A stretch of DNA of 64,000 nucleotides from Chloroflexota bacterium (GCA_047516685.1 JAKZUJ010000108.1:14787-78786); one strand, 5' to 3'. Counted from the first letter of the stretch, positions 28,101 through 40,774 are shown. Made by a program: numbers and translations. Notes: generated by a model from the sequence alone, not told the origin.

Positions 28101-29767
28101 GTTCCCTGGACGAAGTGCTGGACTCCGTTGGTGTCCGATGCTTTGGCCGCTTTGCGGCCCGGCCAATCGTGCATCCGGAAACGGGCGAGATCATCGTCCC
28201 GCTGGAAACGCTCGTCGATCACGAACTGGTCAAGGCGATCGATGACGCCGGAGCGCAATCCGCTGTCGTTCGATCGCCCATGACCTGCGCCAACGCCCGC
28301 GGACTCTGCCAGATGTGCTACGGCATGGATCTGGCGCGCCACAGGTTGGTGGCCGAGGGAGCGGCCGTCGGGATCATCGCCGCGCAGTCCATGGGCGAGC
28401 CGGCCACGCAGTTGACGATGCGTACCTTCCACCTGGGTGGTATCGCAACGGGAGCTGACATCGTAGACAAGGAGCAGGGCCTGCCCCGCGTCCAGGAACT
28501 CTTCGAGGCGCGCATCCCCAAGGGCGTGGCCGTGATGAGCGACATCGACGGGACGGCCGAAATTGTCGAGGAGGACGAGAAGCGTCGCGTACGCGTGGTG
28601 GCGGCCCATGTGCATGAGTACGACTACGCGATTGAGCCGGGCATGGTCTCCATCGTGGAGGAAGGGGCGAGCGTTGCCAGGAATGCGGTTCTGGCCGTGC
28701 CGCAGGTTCACGCCGAGGACCTGCTGGCCCGCAAGGCCAAGAGCAAATCCAACACGATCAGCAAGCGTGCGCTTGCCAAGGTTGCCGGCATCGGCGTCAC
28801 AGCCGAGGCTGACGGTGTTGTCGAGCTACGCGAGGGACGTATCGTCGTTCGGTCGGAGGAGGAGGACGTCAGCGAATACCCGATGTCACTCGCCGCCGAG
28901 GTGCGCGTGCAAAGCGGAGAGCTTGTTCGCCGAGGCGACCAGCTCACCGAAGGCCCATTGAACCCGCACGACATCCTGCGGCTGCGCGGCCGCCCCGAAC
29001 TGCAGGAGTACATCGTTGGCGAAGTCCAGCGTGTCTATCGGATGGTCGGGGTGGCGGTGAACAACAAGCACATTGAGATCATCATCCGCCAGATGTTGCG
29101 CCACAACGCGATCGACACACCGGGAGATACCGCGGTCCTGCCGGGCACATTGGTGGACCGGTCCACGCTTGCCCAGATCAACGTGGAGGTCGCCGAGACC
29201 GGCGGTCGCACCGCGGATTCGCACGAGGTCTTGCTGGGAGTGACCAAGGCCTCGTTGAATAACGAGAGTTTCCTGGCCGCCGCCTCATTCCAGGACACCA
29301 CGCGCGTGCTCACCGAGGCCGTGGTGGAAGGCAAGACCGACAACCTCCACGGGTTGAAGGAGAACGTGATCATCGGCAAGCTCATCCCCGCGGGCACCGG
29401 CTGGGCTCGCTATCACGGTCCAGAGTTGGAGGCGCCCGCTCAGTCGGATGTCCTTATCGATACCGAAGCCATGCACATGGCTGAAGGCGTGTCGCTGGAC
29501 GATCTGCGCGAGCAAGCCGATGGCGCCGACGGTGCGTCGGACTCCGAGGATGCCGCCCCGGCTGGTGTGGTGGCCGCTGGCGTCCCGCCGATGGATGCCG
29601 CCGAGCGCGACCTGCTCGCAGGCATTGAGACGTCGTCGAGCGGCGCCAGCGACGAGTTCGCCAACTTCCTGCGTCCGTCCGACGATCTCGGTGTCGACGA
29701 ATCGTCCGTTGTTCGACCGGACCCACCGTCGGAAGGGGAAGGTGTTGACGGTGAAAACGGCCAGTGA
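25139..29767 (+). CDS. rpoC: DNA-directed RNA polymerase subunit beta' (1542 aa, with lineage-specific insertion and acidic C-terminal tail)
   Basis: Zn-binding CxxC motifs near the N-terminus. [12 protein letters not shown] catalytic loop. Trigger loop/bridge helix regions. ~200-aa coiled-coil insertion between YFASFIVSD and [15 protein letters not shown]. Confidence 0.95.
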   Translation: MLEVNKFSAIRIHLASPDQVRSWSYGEVAKPETINYRTLKPERDGLFCERIFGPTKDWECACGKYKRVRFRGIICDKCGVEVTRSRVRRERMGHIELAAPITHIWFLKGTPSRIGQVLDITPRDLEKIVYFASFIVSDLDEAARDEALGRVDRDLADYIEEIEDSAALRLTDEQQRLEDQLAQLESQLDDELTRLDIEAQASVESANKETATLRNLLAVVGQRKLEVDATLSWLSEPFVAAGDVPPEDALGQLDAAAEAATAEVTARFEAEKASARDRFNATKAAERRESEQAVARIEEDRVRDIGDAREFYEERRKDLSTLELRQLLSEPRHQDLTRTCGDVLDAAGRVRHPSIFEAGIGAEAVRELIANVDLDELAEFLREELEANSIQRRKKAAKRLKVVEAFRRSRNQPEWMILNVLPVLPPELRPMVQLDGGRFATSDLNDLYRRVINRNNRLKRLVELGAPEIIVRNEKRMLQEAVDALIDNGRRGRAVTGSSNHPYKSLSDLLRGKQGRFRQNLLGKRVDYSGRSVIVVGPHLNLNQCGLPTKMALELFKPFVMRKLVDDGHASNIKSAKRMVEHPEPLVWDALEEVTRNHPVLLNRAPTLHRLGIQAFDIVLVRGSAIQIHPLVCTAFNADFDGDQMAVHVPLSRAAQDEARNIMKSTHNILSPADGTPIVSPTKDMVLGAYYLTEVSEGAHGEGKLLANFADAVLAFEHGAVNLQAPIRLRVTPEDFPVEAMGPDGPTSIVTTIGRIILNQAIPRELRFVNERLDKGALRRVIEMVFYSTDMEVTGDVANNLKNLGMHWATRSGVTMGIKDLEIPEVKHQVEKETDARVSGIRASYENGLITNDERYRLTVKAWTDAMATVSSSVEESMDQMSPVFMMGNSGAAKGNFDQIRQISGMRGLMSNPSGRIIEMPVRANFREGMSAHEYFISTHGGRKGLADTALRTADSGYLTRRLVDVAQDVIVMSRDCGTLAGVPVEVGSLDEVLDSVGVRCFGRFAARPIVHPETGEIIVPLETLVDHELVKAIDDAGAQSAVVRSPMTCANARGLCQMCYGMDLARHRLVAEGAAVGIIAAQSMGEPATQLTMRTFHLGGIATGADIVDKEQGLPRVQELFEARIPKGVAVMSDIDGTAEIVEEDEKRRVRVVAAHVHEYDYAIEPGMVSIVEEGASVARNAVLAVPQVHAEDLLARKAKSKSNTISKRALAKVAGIGVTAEADGVVELREGRIVVRSEEEDVSEYPMSLAAEVRVQSGELVRRGDQLTEGPLNPHDILRLRGRPELQEYIVGEVQRVYRMVGVAVNNKHIEIIIRQMLRHNAIDTPGDTAVLPGTLVDRSTLAQINVEVAETGGRTADSHEVLLGVTKASLNNESFLAAASFQDTTRVLTEAVVEGKTDNLHGLKENVIIGKLIPAGTGWARYHGPELEAPAQSDVLIDTEAMHMAEGVSLDDLREQADGADGASDSEDAAPAGVVAAGVPPMDAAERDLLAGIETSSSGASDEFANFLRPSDDLGVDESSVVRPDPPSEGEGVDGENGQ

Positions 29768-29839
29768 TAGATTCAAGTCTGTCGTGGCTGGCCGTGTGCA
29801 GTCGCGCCTTTTCCACGTAAGGAATCCTTAGGTCTTCTT

Positions 29840-30253
29840 GTGCCGACAATTAACCAGCTAGTCCGTAAAGGACGAAAGCGGCGCCGCAGCAAGCTGAAGG
29901 CGCCTGCCCTGCATTACTCGTACAACGGGTTGCGCCGGCGCATGCAGTGGAGCGACGGCTCGCCCCAGAAGCGCGGTGTCTGTACGTTGGTGCGTACTGT
30001 CACGCCGAAGAAGCCGAACTCCGCGCTGCGCAAGGTGGCCCGTGTCCGGCTGTCAAATGGTATTGAGGTCACGGCCTACATTCCGGGCGAAGGCCACCGA
30101 CTCCAGGAACACTCCGTGGTTCTCATTCGCGGCGGTCGGGTTCGCGATCTGCCCGGTGTGCGCTACCACGTCGTTCGCGGCACGCTTGACGCTGACGGTG
30201 TTGAAGGCCGTCGCCGCAGCCGGTCAAAGTACGGCGCAAAGCGCGGCGGGTAG
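29840..30253 (+). CDS. rpsL: 30S ribosomal protein S12
   Basis: [12 protein letters not shown] ... [14 protein letters not shown] start. Confidence 0.95.
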   Translation: MPTINQLVRKGRKRRRSKLKAPALHYSYNGLRRRMQWSDGSPQKRGVCTLVRTVTPKKPNSALRKVARVRLSNGIEVTAYIPGEGHRLQEHSVVLIRGGRVRDLPGVRYHVVRGTLDADGVEGRRRSRSKYGAKRGG

Positions 30254-30325
30254 CCGCGGGATACGACTGCAATTGCCCGGACTCTTGACCGCCAGCACCG
30301 CTCCCGAGCGGGTGAGTGAGGACTG

Positions 30326-30796
30326 ATGCCACGCCGCAAGCGCCCAGAGCACCGGGTAGTTCCACCCGACCCGCGGTTCAACAACCGCACGGTGCAGCGA
30401 TTCATCAACAAGGTCATGCGAAGCGGCAAGAAGTCGCTATCGCAGCGAATTGTCTATGGCGCCTTCGACATCGTGGAGGGCCGTACCGGCACGCCGGCTG
30501 TTGATGTCTTTGAAGCCGCCGTTCGGAACGCCATGCCGCAAGTCGAAGTCAAGCCGCGCCGCGTCGGCGGCGCGAACTACCAGGTGCCGGTGGAAATCCG
30601 CGGGGACCGGCGATATTCGCTGGCCGTACGTTGGTTGATCGACGCCTCCCGCAGCCGAGGCGGCCGTTCCATGCGCGAACGCCTTGCGGCTGAACTGATG
30701 GAAGCCGCCGACGGCCAGGGTGGGGCTGTTCGCCGGCGCGACGACATGCATCGGATGGCGGAAGCGAACCGCGCCTTCGCCATCTACGCCTATTAG
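30326..30796 (+). CDS. rpsG: 30S ribosomal protein S7
   Basis: MPRRKRPE ... [17 protein letters not shown] ... [10 protein letters not shown]. Confidence 0.95.
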   Translation: MPRRKRPEHRVVPPDPRFNNRTVQRFINKVMRSGKKSLSQRIVYGAFDIVEGRTGTPAVDVFEAAVRNAMPQVEVKPRRVGGANYQVPVEIRGDRRYSLAVRWLIDASRSRGGRSMRERLAAELMEAADGQGGAVRRRDDMHRMAEANRAFAIYAY

Positions 30797-30830
30797 CCGC
30801 CATCTCTCGGAATTCCGAAACACAAATCCC

Positions 30831-32903
30831 ATGAACACCCCAGACATTTCGCGTACGCGCAATATCGGCATCATTGCGCACATCGACGCGGGCAAGACAA
30901 CGACAACTGAACGCATTCTGTTCTTCTGCGGTCGCATTCATCGCGTTGGCGAGGTCCACGACGGCAATGCCCAGATGGACTGGATGGCCCAGGAACGTGA
31001 GCGTGGCATCACCATCGTTGCCGCTGCTACCACGGCGACTTGGAACGACTACCGCATCAACATCATCGATACGCCCGGGCATGCCGACCTCACCGCCGAA
31101 GTCGAACGATCATTGCGCGTACTTGACGGCGGCGTCGTTGTTTTTGACGCCGTCAATGGCGTGGAGCCCCAGTCAGAGACTGTCTGGCGCCAGGCTGACC
31201 GCTACAGCGTTCCCCGAGTCGCCTTCATCAACAAAATGGACAGGCGTGGATCGGATTTCGACGCAACGATCCAGTCTATTCGCGACCGTCTGGGCGCCAA
31301 CCCGGTTCCGATTCAGATCCCGATCGGCTTTGAGGTCGACTTCGAGGGTGTCGTGGATCTCGTTCAGATGCGGGCCATCCGTTGGCAAGCGGATGGCCTG
31401 GCAGCCCTGGCTCCAGAGCCGATCCCTTCTGAACTGGAAGCGACCGCTCTGGAGGCGCGCGAGCGCATGATTGAGGCGTTGGCCGAATTCGACGACGACA
31501 TCGCCACCAAGTATCTCGACGGCGAGGATCTCACTGCTGACGAACTAGCGGCGGCCTTGCGAGAGATGACTGTTTCGGCGCAGGGCGTTCCGGTGTTGAT
31601 GGGCTCGGCGTTGCGTAACAAGGGTATCGAGCCCTTGCTGGATTCAATCACGGCCTACCTGCCCTCACCGCTGGACGTTGCGCCTGTTACCGGTATCAAT
31701 CCGAAGACTGGCTCGGAGGAACAGCGTCGACCGGCGGAAGACGACCCGTTTACGGCGATCGCGTTCAAGATCGTGGCCGACCCGCACGCCGGCAAGCTCG
31801 CGTACTTTCGCGTCTACTCCGGTTCCATTGAGCCCGGCGCCACGGTACTCAATACCACCGCCAACAAGCGCCAGCGCTTGTCGCGGGTGCTCCGCATGCA
31901 CGCGGACAAGCGTGAGGAAGTCACCGACACCATCCGCTTTGGGGACATCCTGGCTGCGGTTGGGGTGCGGTCGACGAACACCGGCGACACATTTACCGAC
32001 CCGAAATACCCTCTGCAGCTGGAATCCATTACGTTCCCCGAACCGGTAGTTACGATCGCGATCGAGCCGAAGAGCCGCGGGGACCAGGACAAGATCATCG
32101 AGGCGCTGCGGCGACTTGGGGAGGAAGACCCGACCTTCCGAATCAGTGGTAACGAAGAAACGGGACAGACGCTCATTGCCGGCATGGGTGAGCTCCATCT
32201 TGAAGTCATTGTCGACCGGCTGCTGCGCGAATACCGGGTGGGCGCCAACGTCGGCCGGCCCGAGGTTTCCTACCGCGAGCGGCCGCGCAAGCCAGCTACC
32301 GGGCGTGGACGCTTCGTGCGACAAACCGGCGGGCGCGGCCAGTACGGCGATGTGACGATTGAACTGGAGCCGCTGCCCCTTGGCACGGGTGTTCAGGTTG
32401 AGCGCCGCATCGTTGGCGGCGCCATTCCCGTCCAGTTCGTCCCAGCCGCCGAGCGCGGAGCGACGCGTCGATTGACCAGCGGTCCCAAGGGCATGCCGGT
32501 CACGGACGTACGTATCACCTTGGTCGACGGCTCGTACCACGATGTCGACTCCTCGGAGTTGGCGTTCGAGATTGCCGGATCCATGGCTGTGGAGGACGCG
32601 CTCAAACGGGCTCGAACCGACGTGATGGAGCCGGTCATGAGCGTCCAGGCCGTGGTTCCCGAGGAATATGTGGGCGACTGCCTGGCGGGCTTGTCCGCGA
32701 AGCGAGGCACGATTCACGGCGCCGACATGCGCGGCGGATCGCACATCATCACGGCAGAGGTACCGCTCGCGACAATGTTCGGGTACGCTAACGAGTTGCG
32801 CTCGGCGACACAGGGTCGCGGGACGTTCTCAATGGAATTCTCACACTACGCGGTCACTCAACGAGCGGGTGTCGCGGACGGACTTCTGACGCCGGTTTCG
32901 TAA
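30831..32903 (+). CDS. fusA: elongation factor G
   Basis: ORF-track 30720..32903. ATG 30831 gives [30 protein letters not shown] (G1 motif). DTPGHADL and NKMD motifs. Confidence 0.95.
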   Translation: MNTPDISRTRNIGIIAHIDAGKTTTTERILFFCGRIHRVGEVHDGNAQMDWMAQERERGITIVAAATTATWNDYRINIIDTPGHADLTAEVERSLRVLDGGVVVFDAVNGVEPQSETVWRQADRYSVPRVAFINKMDRRGSDFDATIQSIRDRLGANPVPIQIPIGFEVDFEGVVDLVQMRAIRWQADGLAALAPEPIPSELEATALEARERMIEALAEFDDDIATKYLDGEDLTADELAAALREMTVSAQGVPVLMGSALRNKGIEPLLDSITAYLPSPLDVAPVTGINPKTGSEEQRRPAEDDPFTAIAFKIVADPHAGKLAYFRVYSGSIEPGATVLNTTANKRQRLSRVLRMHADKREEVTDTIRFGDILAAVGVRSTNTGDTFTDPKYPLQLESITFPEPVVTIAIEPKSRGDQDKIIEALRRLGEEDPTFRISGNEETGQTLIAGMGELHLEVIVDRLLREYRVGANVGRPEVSYRERPRKPATGRGRFVRQTGGRGQYGDVTIELEPLPLGTGVQVERRIVGGAIPVQFVPAAERGATRRLTSGPKGMPVTDVRITLVDGSYHDVDSSELAFEIAGSMAVEDALKRARTDVMEPVMSVQAVVPEEYVGDCLAGLSAKRGTIHGADMRGGSHIITAEVPLATMFGYANELRSATQGRGTFSMEFSHYAVTQRAGVADGLLTPVS

Positions 32904-32932
32904 CCGCGCACTGCGCAGGAGCACAGGAGCGA

Positions 32933-34135
32933 ATGGCACGCCAACACTTCGAACGAACCAAGCCGCATGTCAATGTCGGCACGATTGGCCATGTGGACCA
33001 CGGCAAAACGACGCTGACCGCCGCTATCACCAAGGTGCTGTCGTTTAAGAACCTGGCCGAGTTCATGGCTTTTGACGAGATCGACCGCGCGCCGGAGGAA
33101 AAGGAACGCGGCATCACGATTTCGATCACCCACGCCGAATACGAGACGGAGATCCGGCACTACGCCCACATCGACGCTCCGGGCCACCGGGACTACATCA
33201 AGAACATGATTACCGGTGCTGCCCAAATGGACGGCGCGATTCTGGTCGTTGGCGCCGATGACGGTCCGATGCCCCAGACCTACGAACACGTGCTGCTGGC
33301 TCGCCAGGTGGATGTTCCCGCGATTGTGGTGTTCCTCAACAAGGCGGACATCGTGGAGGACGAGGAGTTGATTGAACTCGTCGACCTCGAACTGCGCGAC
33401 CTGCTGAACAAGTACAACTTCGACGGCGACAGCGCGCCCATCATTCCCGGTAGCGCTCTCTTGGCCCTCGAGTCGACTAGCACCGACATCAATGCGCCGG
33501 AGTACCAACCAATCCTGGCGTTGATGGAGGCGGTGGATAGCTACATCCCCCAGCCGGACCGTCCGATCGACCAGCCGTTCCTGATGCCGGTGGAAGATGT
33601 CTTTGGCATCAAGGGACGCGGCACCGTGGTTACCGGTCGTGTCGAACGCGGCAAGGTGACGGTTGGCGAGCAGATCGACATTGTTGGTATGCGATCCGAG
33701 ATCGAACAGCACGTCGTAACCGGCGTCGAGATGTTCCGCAAGACGCTTGACGAAGGCGTGGCTGGTGACAATGTCGGCTGCCTGCTCCGCGGCGTGGAAC
33801 GCGATGATGTCCAGCGCGGAATGGTGCTGGCCCAAACTGGCTCGATTACGCCGCACATGGAGTTCAATGCGCAGGTCTATGTGTTGACCCGTGACGAAGG
33901 CGGACGACACACGCCCTTCTTCCCTGGATATAGACCACAGTTCTACATTCGGACCACGGATGTGACCGGCGAGATTGAATTGCCGGAAGGGACTGAAATG
34001 GTTGTGCCCGGCGACAACGTGGAGATGACGGTTCGCCTGCACCAGCCGATCGCGCTGGAGGACGGCGTCAATTTCGCAATCCGCGAGGGCGGTGTCACGG
34101 TTGGCGCCGGCGTCGTGACGAGAATCCTCAAGTAG
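32933..34135 (+). CDS. tuf: elongation factor Tu
   Basis: [22 protein letters not shown] motifs. 400 aa. Confidence 0.97.
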   Translation: MARQHFERTKPHVNVGTIGHVDHGKTTLTAAITKVLSFKNLAEFMAFDEIDRAPEEKERGITISITHAEYETEIRHYAHIDAPGHRDYIKNMITGAAQMDGAILVVGADDGPMPQTYEHVLLARQVDVPAIVVFLNKADIVEDEELIELVDLELRDLLNKYNFDGDSAPIIPGSALLALESTSTDINAPEYQPILALMEAVDSYIPQPDRPIDQPFLMPVEDVFGIKGRGTVVTGRVERGKVTVGEQIDIVGMRSEIEQHVVTGVEMFRKTLDEGVAGDNVGCLLRGVERDDVQRGMVLAQTGSITPHMEFNAQVYVLTRDEGGRHTPFFPGYRPQFYIRTTDVTGEIELPEGTEMVVPGDNVEMTVRLHQPIALEDGVNFAIREGGVTVGAGVVTRILK

Positions 34136-34138
34136 CTG

Positions 34139-34531
34139 ATGGCACAAGCGCGCGCCAGACCTTCCCACCCGGCTACATTCCCAGCCTCGCCTCGGCGTGC
34201 GCCCGCGCGTCCGCGGCGGCAGTCGCCCACCCAGCGGATCAGGATTCGTCTGAAGGCCTATGACCACCGGGTTCTGGACGATGCCGCCCGACGCATCATT
34301 GATACGGCGGGTCGGACAGGCGCCGACGTACGCGGTCCCATTCCTTTGCCGACGGAGCGCAAGGTTTGGACTGTGATTCGCTCGCCCTTCATCGACAAGG
34401 ACTCGCGTGAGCAATTTGAAATGCGTACCCACAAGCGCCTGATCGACGTTATCGATCCGACGCCCCAGACGATGGATGAACTCCTGCGGCTGCAGTTGGC
34501 CGCGGGTGTAGACATTGAGCTCAAGTCATAG
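34139..34531 (+). CDS. rpsJ: 30S ribosomal protein S10 with ~30-aa Arg/Pro-rich N-terminal extension
   Basis: Core [14 protein letters not shown] ... GPIPLPTE. No in-frame ATG/GTG/TTG lies between 34139 and the core, so the extension appears real. Confidence 0.85.
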   Translation: MAQARARPSHPATFPASPRRAPARPRRQSPTQRIRIRLKAYDHRVLDDAARRIIDTAGRTGADVRGPIPLPTERKVWTVIRSPFIDKDSREQFEMRTHKRLIDVIDPTPQTMDELLRLQLAAGVDIELKS

Positions 34532-34533
34532 CC

Positions 34534-35175
34534 ATGCCTGTCGGACTGATCGGCCGCAAACTCGGCATGACACAGATTTTTGACGAGCAGGGCCGCGCCT
34601 TTGGGGTTTCGGTTATCCAGGCCGGGCCGTGCCACGTCACCCAGGTGCGCACCGAGACAAACGAGGGCTACTCCGCCGTGCAACTCGGTTTTGATCCCGT
34701 GCCCGAACGCCGGCTGACGCGCGCAGAGCGCGGGCACCTGGGGCGGCTGCCGTCCTATCGCATCCTGCGTGAGTTTCGAGCGCAGGATGCCGCTGAACTT
34801 TCGGTGGGGGACGAACTGAACGTCGGGAATGTCGATCTCGGCGCGCGCGTCGACGTTGTGAGCGTGTCGAAGGGCAAGGGTTTTGCCGGGGTGATGAAGC
34901 GGCATGGCTTCAAGGGCGGCAAACGAACCCATGGACAGTCGGACCGGGAGCGCGCCCCGGGATCCATCGGCGCCGGAACATCGCCAGGCCGAGTATTCAA
35001 GGGCACCCGTATGGCCGGACGCATGGGCGGAGCCCGAACGACGGCCCGAAATCTGATGGTGGCGAAGGTCGACGTCGAGCGCGGCCTTGTGTTGGTGGTC
35101 GGGGCCGTGCCTGGGCCGCGGAACACGGTCGTGACGATTCGGCCGGTTCGCAAAGCTCGTCGGCAGGCGGACTGA
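34534..35175 (+). CDS. rplC: 50S ribosomal protein L3
   Basis: [20 protein letters not shown] ... VGDELNVG. Confidence 0.95.
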   Translation: MPVGLIGRKLGMTQIFDEQGRAFGVSVIQAGPCHVTQVRTETNEGYSAVQLGFDPVPERRLTRAERGHLGRLPSYRILREFRAQDAAELSVGDELNVGNVDLGARVDVVSVSKGKGFAGVMKRHGFKGGKRTHGQSDRERAPGSIGAGTSPGRVFKGTRMAGRMGGARTTARNLMVAKVDVERGLVLVVGAVPGPRNTVVTIRPVRKARRQAD

Positions 35176-35783
35176 TGGTCAACCAGACATCCGCTGACAT
35201 GCTGGCGCCTGTTGCCAATGACTGCTTTGGCGCCGCCGACGTGTCCGCCGAGTTGTTGAAGCGAATGTTGACGGTGCATGCCGCTAATCAGCGCCAGCGC
35301 ACCTCGAACACGAAGAGCCGTGGCGAGGTAGTGGCCTCGACGGCGAAGCTCTACCGACAAAAGGGCACTGGAAGTGCGCGAGCCGGAAGCGCCGGATCGC
35401 CCATTCGCCGCGGTGGGGGGATCGCCTTCGGGCCCAAGCCCCGCCCGTCGCGCCGGCAAGTGAGCAAGCGCGAGCGTCGGCAGGCGGTACGAGCACTGCT
35501 GGCGGCGAAGGCCTCCGAACAGTGCATCAGCGTGGCGGCGACCTGGGGTAGCTCGCCCAAGACAGGTGACCGAGCTGCCTGGTTGCGGGCCGCCGGATTG
35601 TCGGGACGGGTGCTCTTGGTTGACGTGGATCCACCGGAGGACCTGCGACGCTCAACACGTAACATTCCGCATGTGGAAGTCGAGCGCGCCGACACGTTGA
35701 GCTTCTATGAAATCGCCGTCGCCGATCACATCGTGGCCAGCCAGCCGGCTCTGGATGAACTCCTGAAGCGGGTAGGCGCATGA
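35175..35783 (+). CDS. rplD: 50S ribosomal protein L4
   Basis: L4/L1e family. TGATG start-stop overlap with rplC. Confidence 0.9.
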   Translation: MVNQTSADMLAPVANDCFGAADVSAELLKRMLTVHAANQRQRTSNTKSRGEVVASTAKLYRQKGTGSARAGSAGSPIRRGGGIAFGPKPRPSRRQVSKRERRQAVRALLAAKASEQCISVAATWGSSPKTGDRAAWLRAAGLSGRVLLVDVDPPEDLRRSTRNIPHVEVERADTLSFYEIAVADHIVASQPALDELLKRVGA

Positions 35784-36064
35784 ATCCCGCCGACATCATC
35801 ACCAAGCCGATTGTGACGGAGAAGTCCACCGCCCTGGGTGAGCTCGGGAAGTACGTCTTCCAGGTTCGCGGCGGCGCGTCGAAGCAGGCGATCCGTCGTG
35901 CGGTCGAGGCCATGTTTCACGTGGAGGTGTCGTCGGTCAACGTGATGAACATGCGCGGCAAGCCGCGGCGTTTTGGCCGGTTCGAAGGTCATCGTCCCGG
36001 CTGGCGCAAGGCTATCGTCACGTTGCGTGAGGGCCACGTGATTGAAGTGGTTCCAGGGGTCTGA
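35780..36064 (+). CDS. rplW: 50S ribosomal protein L23
   Basis: IITKPIVTEKS ... YVFQV. Confidence 0.9.
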   Translation: MNPADIITKPIVTEKSTALGELGKYVFQVRGGASKQAIRRAVEAMFHVEVSSVNVMNMRGKPRRFGRFEGHRPGWRKAIVTLREGHVIEVVPGV

Positions 36065-36898
36065 TTGATGGGGCTTCGAACTTTCAACCCAACCTCACCT
36101 GGTCGCCGCGGCTATGTTGCCGTCGACAATGAAGAACTTTCCGGCGACCGCCCACTGAAGAAACTGCTGCGGCCCCTTGCAAATCGGGCCGGACGGAACA
36201 ACACCGGGCGCGTAACCGTGCGACACCGCGGGGGCGGCGCCAAGCGGCGCTACCGCGTGATTGACTGGCGGCGCGATAAGACCGGGGTGCCAGCGGTGGT
36301 TGCCAGCGTGGAATACGATCCCAATCGGTCGGCCCACATCGCTCTTCTGCACTACCGCGACGGCGAGAAACGCTACATTCTGGCGCCCGTTGGGATTGGA
36401 GTGGGCAGCAACATCATCTCCGGCCCGGGAATTGAGCCGAGGCCTGGTAATGCCATGCAGTTGGCGCGGATCCCGGCAGGTACCGAGGTACATGCGGTGG
36501 AATTAACGCCAGGGCGCGGCGCTCAGTTCGTACGGTCGGCCGGCATGGTGTGCCAGCTCATGGCGAAAGACCGCGGCCTGGCAACCCTGCGATTGCCCTC
36601 GGGGGAAATGCGCCAGGTGTCCGATACGTGCATGGCGACGGTCGGGCGCGTAGGCAACGCCGATCACAGTAACCAGTCGGCCGGAAAGGCCGGGCGAATC
36701 CGGTGGCGGCGCCGCCGACCACAGGTACGCGGAGCCGCCATGAATCCCAACGATCATCCCCACGGTGGCGGCGAAGGTAAGGCCCCCATAGGCATGCCAG
36801 GACCCAAGACGCCTTGGGGCAAGCCCACACAGGGTCGGCGGACTCGTGTTGGCCGGCGTCCCAGTGACAAATTCATCGTCCGCCGGCGGAACAGGTAG
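36065..36898 (+). CDS. rplB: 50S ribosomal protein L2
   Basis: [12 protein letters not shown] ... HPHGGGEG. Confidence 0.95.
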   Translation: MMGLRTFNPTSPGRRGYVAVDNEELSGDRPLKKLLRPLANRAGRNNTGRVTVRHRGGGAKRRYRVIDWRRDKTGVPAVVASVEYDPNRSAHIALLHYRDGEKRYILAPVGIGVGSNIISGPGIEPRPGNAMQLARIPAGTEVHAVELTPGRGAQFVRSAGMVCQLMAKDRGLATLRLPSGEMRQVSDTCMATVGRVGNADHSNQSAGKAGRIRWRRRRPQVRGAAMNPNDHPHGGGEGKAPIGMPGPKTPWGKPTQGRRTRVGRRPSDKFIVRRRNR

Positions 36899-36904
36899 GA
36901 ACGT

Positions 36905-37189
36905 ATGTCACGCAGCACCAAAAAAGGTTGGTACGTTCATCCGAAGCTTGAGAAGCGCGTGGCCGAGGCTTCACGCAGCCGGAGAAAGCAAGTCATTCGA
37001 ACCTGGAGTCGAGCCAGTGTCATCCACCCGGAAATGGTCGGGCTGACGATCGCTGTTCACGACGGACGGCGCCACGTTCCGGTGTATGTTTCCGAAAACA
37101 TGGTGGGACATCGCCTGGGCGAATTTGCACCCACCCGAACCTTTCGCAGCCATGCACGTGGGCGCTCCACCGCGCCGATGGGACTCTGA
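36905..37189 (+). CDS. rpsS: 30S ribosomal protein S19
   Basis: [11 protein letters not shown] ... [11 protein letters not shown]. Confidence 0.95.
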   Translation: MSRSTKKGWYVHPKLEKRVAEASRSRRKQVIRTWSRASVIHPEMVGLTIAVHDGRRHVPVYVSENMVGHRLGEFAPTRTFRSHARGRSTAPMGL

Positions 37190-37192
37190 CGC

Positions 37193-37531
37193 ATGGACGT
37201 TTCGGCCACCGCCAGGTACGTGCGAATGTCGCCTCAGCGAGGACGAACTATTGCCCGAGAGCTCTCTGGTCTTGAGATTGACCAGGCAATGGCTACCCTG
37301 GCGTTCATGCCCAACCGAGCTGCATCTGAAATCGCCAAGGTCGTCAAGTCCGCCGCCGCCAACGCCGAACACAACTACGCGTTGGATCGGGAGGCGTTGC
37401 GGGTCCGGTCGGTCGTGGTTAACGACGGACCGACGCTCCGCGGCTTCCGGGCCAGGTCGCGAGGGCGCGTGGGGATGATCAAGAAGCGTTCCGGTCACAT
37501 TACCGTGACCGTTGCAGACGGGATGCCGTAA
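37193..37531 (+). CDS. rplV: 50S ribosomal protein L22
   Basis: ARYVRMSPQRGRTIAREL ... beta-hairpin. Confidence 0.9.
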   Translation: MDVSATARYVRMSPQRGRTIARELSGLEIDQAMATLAFMPNRAASEIAKVVKSAAANAEHNYALDREALRVRSVVVNDGPTLRGFRARSRGRVGMIKKRSGHITVTVADGMP

Positions 37532-37533
37532 GC

Positions 37534-38283
37534 ATGGGTCGAAAAGTTCACCCCATCGGCTACCGACTGGGCTACACGACACGCTGGGAGAGCACCTGGT
37601 ACGCCGATCGCGACTACACGGAACTTCTGCTTGAGGACCTGTCGATTCGCAACCTTGTCCGCGGCTATCTCGAGGCGCCCAACGGTCAGAATTCGCCGGG
37701 TCGCGGTGGACGCCGACGCGGTGGCTACGGCGCCGGCGTTTCGAAGATCGAGATCGAGCGCCAGGTCAGCCAGGTGCGAGTTGTGATCCACACGGCTCGG
37801 CCCGGCATCGTGATCGGGCGGGGCGGCAGCAACCGCGAGGAAATACAGAACCGCATCGAGCGTCATACGGGCAAGCGTGTCGTGGTGGATGTCGAGGAGA
37901 TCGGCCAGCCTGAACTCGACGCCTTCCTTGTAGTCCGCAACGTTGCCGACCAGCTCGAGCGACGTGTCTCATTCCGACGGGCTATCAAGATGACGGCAGA
38001 GCGAACCATGCGCGCCGGAGCGCAGGGCGTGAAGATCATGGTTAGCGGCCGCCTGGGCGGCCGCGAAATGTCACGAAGTGAATTTGAACTCCTGGGCACT
38101 GTCCCGCTACAGACGTTGGACGCCGATATTGACTACGGCTTTGTCGAGGCGAAGACGACGGCTGGCCGGATCGGAGTCAAGGGCTGGGTTCACCGCGGCG
38201 CGGCCCGCGACGCTTCCGGGTTGCTGGCCGAGCCGATGTCCCCACCGGGTGCGGGCCGCCGCCGCCGGCCGCCGCGAGGTTAG
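37534..38283 (+). CDS. rpsC: 30S ribosomal protein S3
   Basis: [13 protein letters not shown] ... KH domain. Basic C-terminal tail. Confidence 0.95.
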   Translation: MGRKVHPIGYRLGYTTRWESTWYADRDYTELLLEDLSIRNLVRGYLEAPNGQNSPGRGGRRRGGYGAGVSKIEIERQVSQVRVVIHTARPGIVIGRGGSNREEIQNRIERHTGKRVVVDVEEIGQPELDAFLVVRNVADQLERRVSFRRAIKMTAERTMRAGAQGVKIMVSGRLGGREMSRSEFELLGTVPLQTLDADIDYGFVEAKTTAGRIGVKGWVHRGAARDASGLLAEPMSPPGAGRRRRPPRG

Positions 38284-38285
38284 CC

Positions 38286-38711
38286 ATGTTGATGCCTAAG
38301 CGAACCAAATTTCGCAAGATGCACCGGGGCCGTCGTCGTGGCCGGGCTGCGCGCGGGGATACCCTTGTCTCCGGAGAGTTCGGCTTGCAGGCCACAACGG
38401 TTGGTTGGGTCGATAGCCGTGAGATCGAGGCGGCTCGCCGAGCCATCACGCACGCCGTCAGGCGAAGCGGCCAGTTATGGATCCGCATCTTCCCCGACAA
38501 GCCGGTTACGCAGAAGCCCGCCGAAGTTCGAATGGGCAGCGGCAAGGGCAATGTTGAAAGCTGGGTCGCCGTTGTCAAGCCGGGACGCATCCTCTTTGAG
38601 TTGGCCGGAGTCGAAGAAGACATGGCTCGTGAGGCGATGCGTTTGGCGTCACACAAACTTTCGGTTCAGACCCGCGTCGTATCGCGTACCGCGGAGGTCG
38701 CCGTTGGCTAA
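38286..38711 (+). CDS. rplP: 50S ribosomal protein L16
   Basis: [16 protein letters not shown]. Confidence 0.95.
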   Translation: MLMPKRTKFRKMHRGRRRGRAARGDTLVSGEFGLQATTVGWVDSREIEAARRAITHAVRRSGQLWIRIFPDKPVTQKPAEVRMGSGKGNVESWVAVVKPGRILFELAGVEEDMAREAMRLASHKLSVQTRVVSRTAEVAVG

Positions 38712-38919
38712 GGCTGAGCAGTTCCGGGATCTGGGCGACGACGAGTTGGCAACACGGATTTCGGAAACCAAGGAAGAGCTGTTCCGGCTGCGGATACAGC
38801 ATGCGACGCTACAGTTGGCTGATACGTCGCAGCTACGCCATGTGCGCCGCGACATTGCCAGAATGCTGACGGTACAGCGCGAACGAGCGCTCGTGCCCCA
38901 TGAGATGGAGGAGGCCTAA
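38704..38919 (+). CDS. rpmC: 50S ribosomal protein L29
   Basis: ORF-track 38338..38919 is an extension running inside rplP. TTG 38704 gives (M)[31 protein letters not shown], a 72-aa L29. Confidence 0.8.
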   Translation: MAKAEQFRDLGDDELATRISETKEELFRLRIQHATLQLADTSQLRHVRRDIARMLTVQRERALVPHEMEEA

Positions 38920-38922
38920 CCC

Positions 38923-39261
38923 GTGCCTGGAGCTCGTGCTCGTCGGGTCGGCCGCGTCGCCAGCGATCGAGCCGACAAGACCATCATCGTTGAGGTGGAG
39001 TCTGTCCGCCGCCATCGGTTGTATAAGAAGCCGGTCCGCGTACGGCGGAAGTTCATGGCCCATGACCCACAGAACTCCTGCCGCATAGGCGACGTGGTTC
39101 AGATTGAGGAATCGCGTCCAATAAGCCGGCGCAAGCGCTGGCGCCTGGTTGAGGTGATCGAACGCACCCAACTGACGGATGAAGAGCGCCAGGCGGCCTT
39201 CAGCACCGGCGCGGGCGAGGATGAGTCCGACGCCAATTCCCAAAACACCAGTAACGCCTAA
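38923..39261 (+). CDS. rpsQ: 30S ribosomal protein S17 with acidic C-terminal extension
   Basis: [18 protein letters not shown] ... core. ~25 extra C-terminal residues. Confidence 0.9.
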   Translation: MPGARARRVGRVASDRADKTIIVEVESVRRHRLYKKPVRVRRKFMAHDPQNSCRIGDVVQIEESRPISRRKRWRLVEVIERTQLTDEERQAAFSTGAGEDESDANSQNTSNA

Positions 39262-39266
39262 CCGAC

Positions 39267-39632
39267 ATGATTCAGCAACAGAGTCGGCTTCGAGTTGCCG
39301 ACAACAGTGGCGCGCGCGAGATCATGTGTATCCGCGTGCTTGGCGGGTCATCCCGCAAATACGCCCGTGTGGGCGACATCATTGTAGGTAGCGTCAAACA
39401 GGCGGCGCCCAATAGCGCCGTCCCGCGTGGATCTGTCGTCCGCGCGGTCGTCGTCCGGGTAAAGAAAGAATACGGGCGTCCCGACGGCTCGCGGATTCGC
39501 TTTGACGACAACGCGGCCGTACTGCTTGAGGGCGACGCGCCGCGCGGCACGCGAATCTTCGGTCCCGTGGGGCGTGAACTGCGTGACCGCCGGTTCATGC
39601 GCATCGTATCGCTGGCGCCCGAGGTCTTGTAG
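39267..39632 (+). CDS. rplN: 50S ribosomal protein L14
   Basis: [24 protein letters not shown]. Confidence 0.95.
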   Translation: MIQQQSRLRVADNSGAREIMCIRVLGGSSRKYARVGDIIVGSVKQAAPNSAVPRGSVVRAVVVRVKKEYGRPDGSRIRFDDNAAVLLEGDAPRGTRIFGPVGRELRDRRFMRIVSLAPEVL

Positions 39633-39634
39633 CA

Positions 39635-39964
39635 ATGTCAATTCGCAGGTTTCGCGTTCGCAAGGGCGACACAATTCAAGTGCTCCACGGTCGCGACGTC
39701 GGACGGCGCGGAGTCGTTGAGCGCATTGTTCCGGCGACCGGCCGCGTCGTGGTTGAGGGTGTGAACGTCCGCAAGCGTCACGCCAAGCCGCGGGCCATCG
39801 GGCAGCCGGCCGGTATCATTGACTTCAACGCCCCGCTTGATGTCTCAAACGTCATGGTGGTGTGTCCCACCTGCGACCAGCCGGCGCGAGTCGGCCATAC
39901 GGTGGGTGATGATGGTGTGAAGCGGCGCCGCTGCCGCAAGTGCAATGAACAGATTGACGAGTAA
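39635..39964 (+). CDS. rplX: 50S ribosomal protein L24
   Basis: [19 protein letters not shown] (KOW motif). Confidence 0.9.
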   Translation: MSIRRFRVRKGDTIQVLHGRDVGRRGVVERIVPATGRVVVEGVNVRKRHAKPRAIGQPAGIIDFNAPLDVSNVMVVCPTCDQPARVGHTVGDDGVKRRRCRKCNEQIDE

Positions 39965-40518
39965 TGGCCCGCCTTCTCACGCGCTATCGGGAAGAGATTC
40001 GACCGCAGTTGATGCGGGAGTTTGGCTATACCAACCCGCTCGCCGTGCCGCAGTTGGACAGGATTGTGGTGAATATCGGGCTAGGCGAAGCGTTGGATAA
40101 CGATGGCGCCGTGGACCATGCCGTGCGAGATGTCGCCACAATCACTGGGCAGCGCCCGGTGGTGACGCGCGCACGCAAGAGCGTGGCGGCCTTCAAGCTG
40201 CGCGCCGGACAGCGAGTGGGCGTCAAGAACACGGTGCGCGGCACTCGCATGTATGAGTTCCTTGACCGACTTGTGACCGTGGCGCTGCCGCGCATGCGAG
40301 ACTTTCGAGGCGTGCTGCGTACGTCGTTCGACGGGCGCGGCAACTATGCACTCGGACTGTCGGAGCAGCTTATTTTTCCGGAGATTGACTACGACCAGAT
40401 TGATCGAATCCGTGGCCTGCAGGTCGTCATCGTGACAACCGCGCCAAGTGACGGAGAAGCCCTGCGGCTGCTCGAACTCCTCGGCATGCCGTTCCAGCGC
40501 CTCGACGAGGCGGCCTGA
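39964..40518 (+). CDS. rplE: 50S ribosomal protein L5
   Basis: [37 protein letters not shown]. Confidence 0.95.
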   Translation: MARLLTRYREEIRPQLMREFGYTNPLAVPQLDRIVVNIGLGEALDNDGAVDHAVRDVATITGQRPVVTRARKSVAAFKLRAGQRVGVKNTVRGTRMYEFLDRLVTVALPRMRDFRGVLRTSFDGRGNYALGLSEQLIFPEIDYDQIDRIRGLQVVIVTTAPSDGEALRLLELLGMPFQRLDEAA

Positions 40519-40527
40519 GGTTCGGAA

Positions 40528-40767
40528 ATGGCCAGAAAAGCAAAAGTAGAAAAGTGGAAGCGCGAGCGAGCAGCCTGGCTCGACCCGGAATTCGAGTCCA
40601 AGTCGATTCGCGGGCGCAAGTTGCGCTTCAAGGTTCGGTATCGCAACCGGTGCCGGCTTTGTGGGCGGCCGCGCGCGTATATGCGCCACTTCGGCGTCTG
40701 CCGGATTTGTTTCCGTGAGTTGGCCGTTAAAGGCCACATTCCGGGCGTGACGAAAGCTAGTTGGTGA
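40528..40767 (+). CDS. rpsN: 30S ribosomal protein S14 type Z (zinc-binding), 79 aa with N-terminal insertion
   Basis: [38 protein letters not shown]. The 4-Cys form is ~18 aa longer than typical S14Z. Confidence 0.9.
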   Translation: MARKAKVEKWKRERAAWLDPEFESKSIRGRKLRFKVRYRNRCRLCGRPRAYMRHFGVCRICFRELAVKGHIPGVTKASW

Positions 40768-40774
40768 GCCGACG

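Noticed and set aside
32858-34432. 524-aa ORF on the minus strand opposite tuf. Similar long antisense ORFs lie opposite miaB (4333..6033), rmlD (5993..6859), the Wzy_C gene (8243..9442), rpoB (22098..23624, 23721..25067), fusA (31665..32744) and secY (43839..44618).
   Set aside because: High GC depletes stop codons on the antisense strand of real genes. The translated products are Arg/Ala/Pro-rich low-complexity strings with no domain signatures, and they overlap unambiguous conserved genes.
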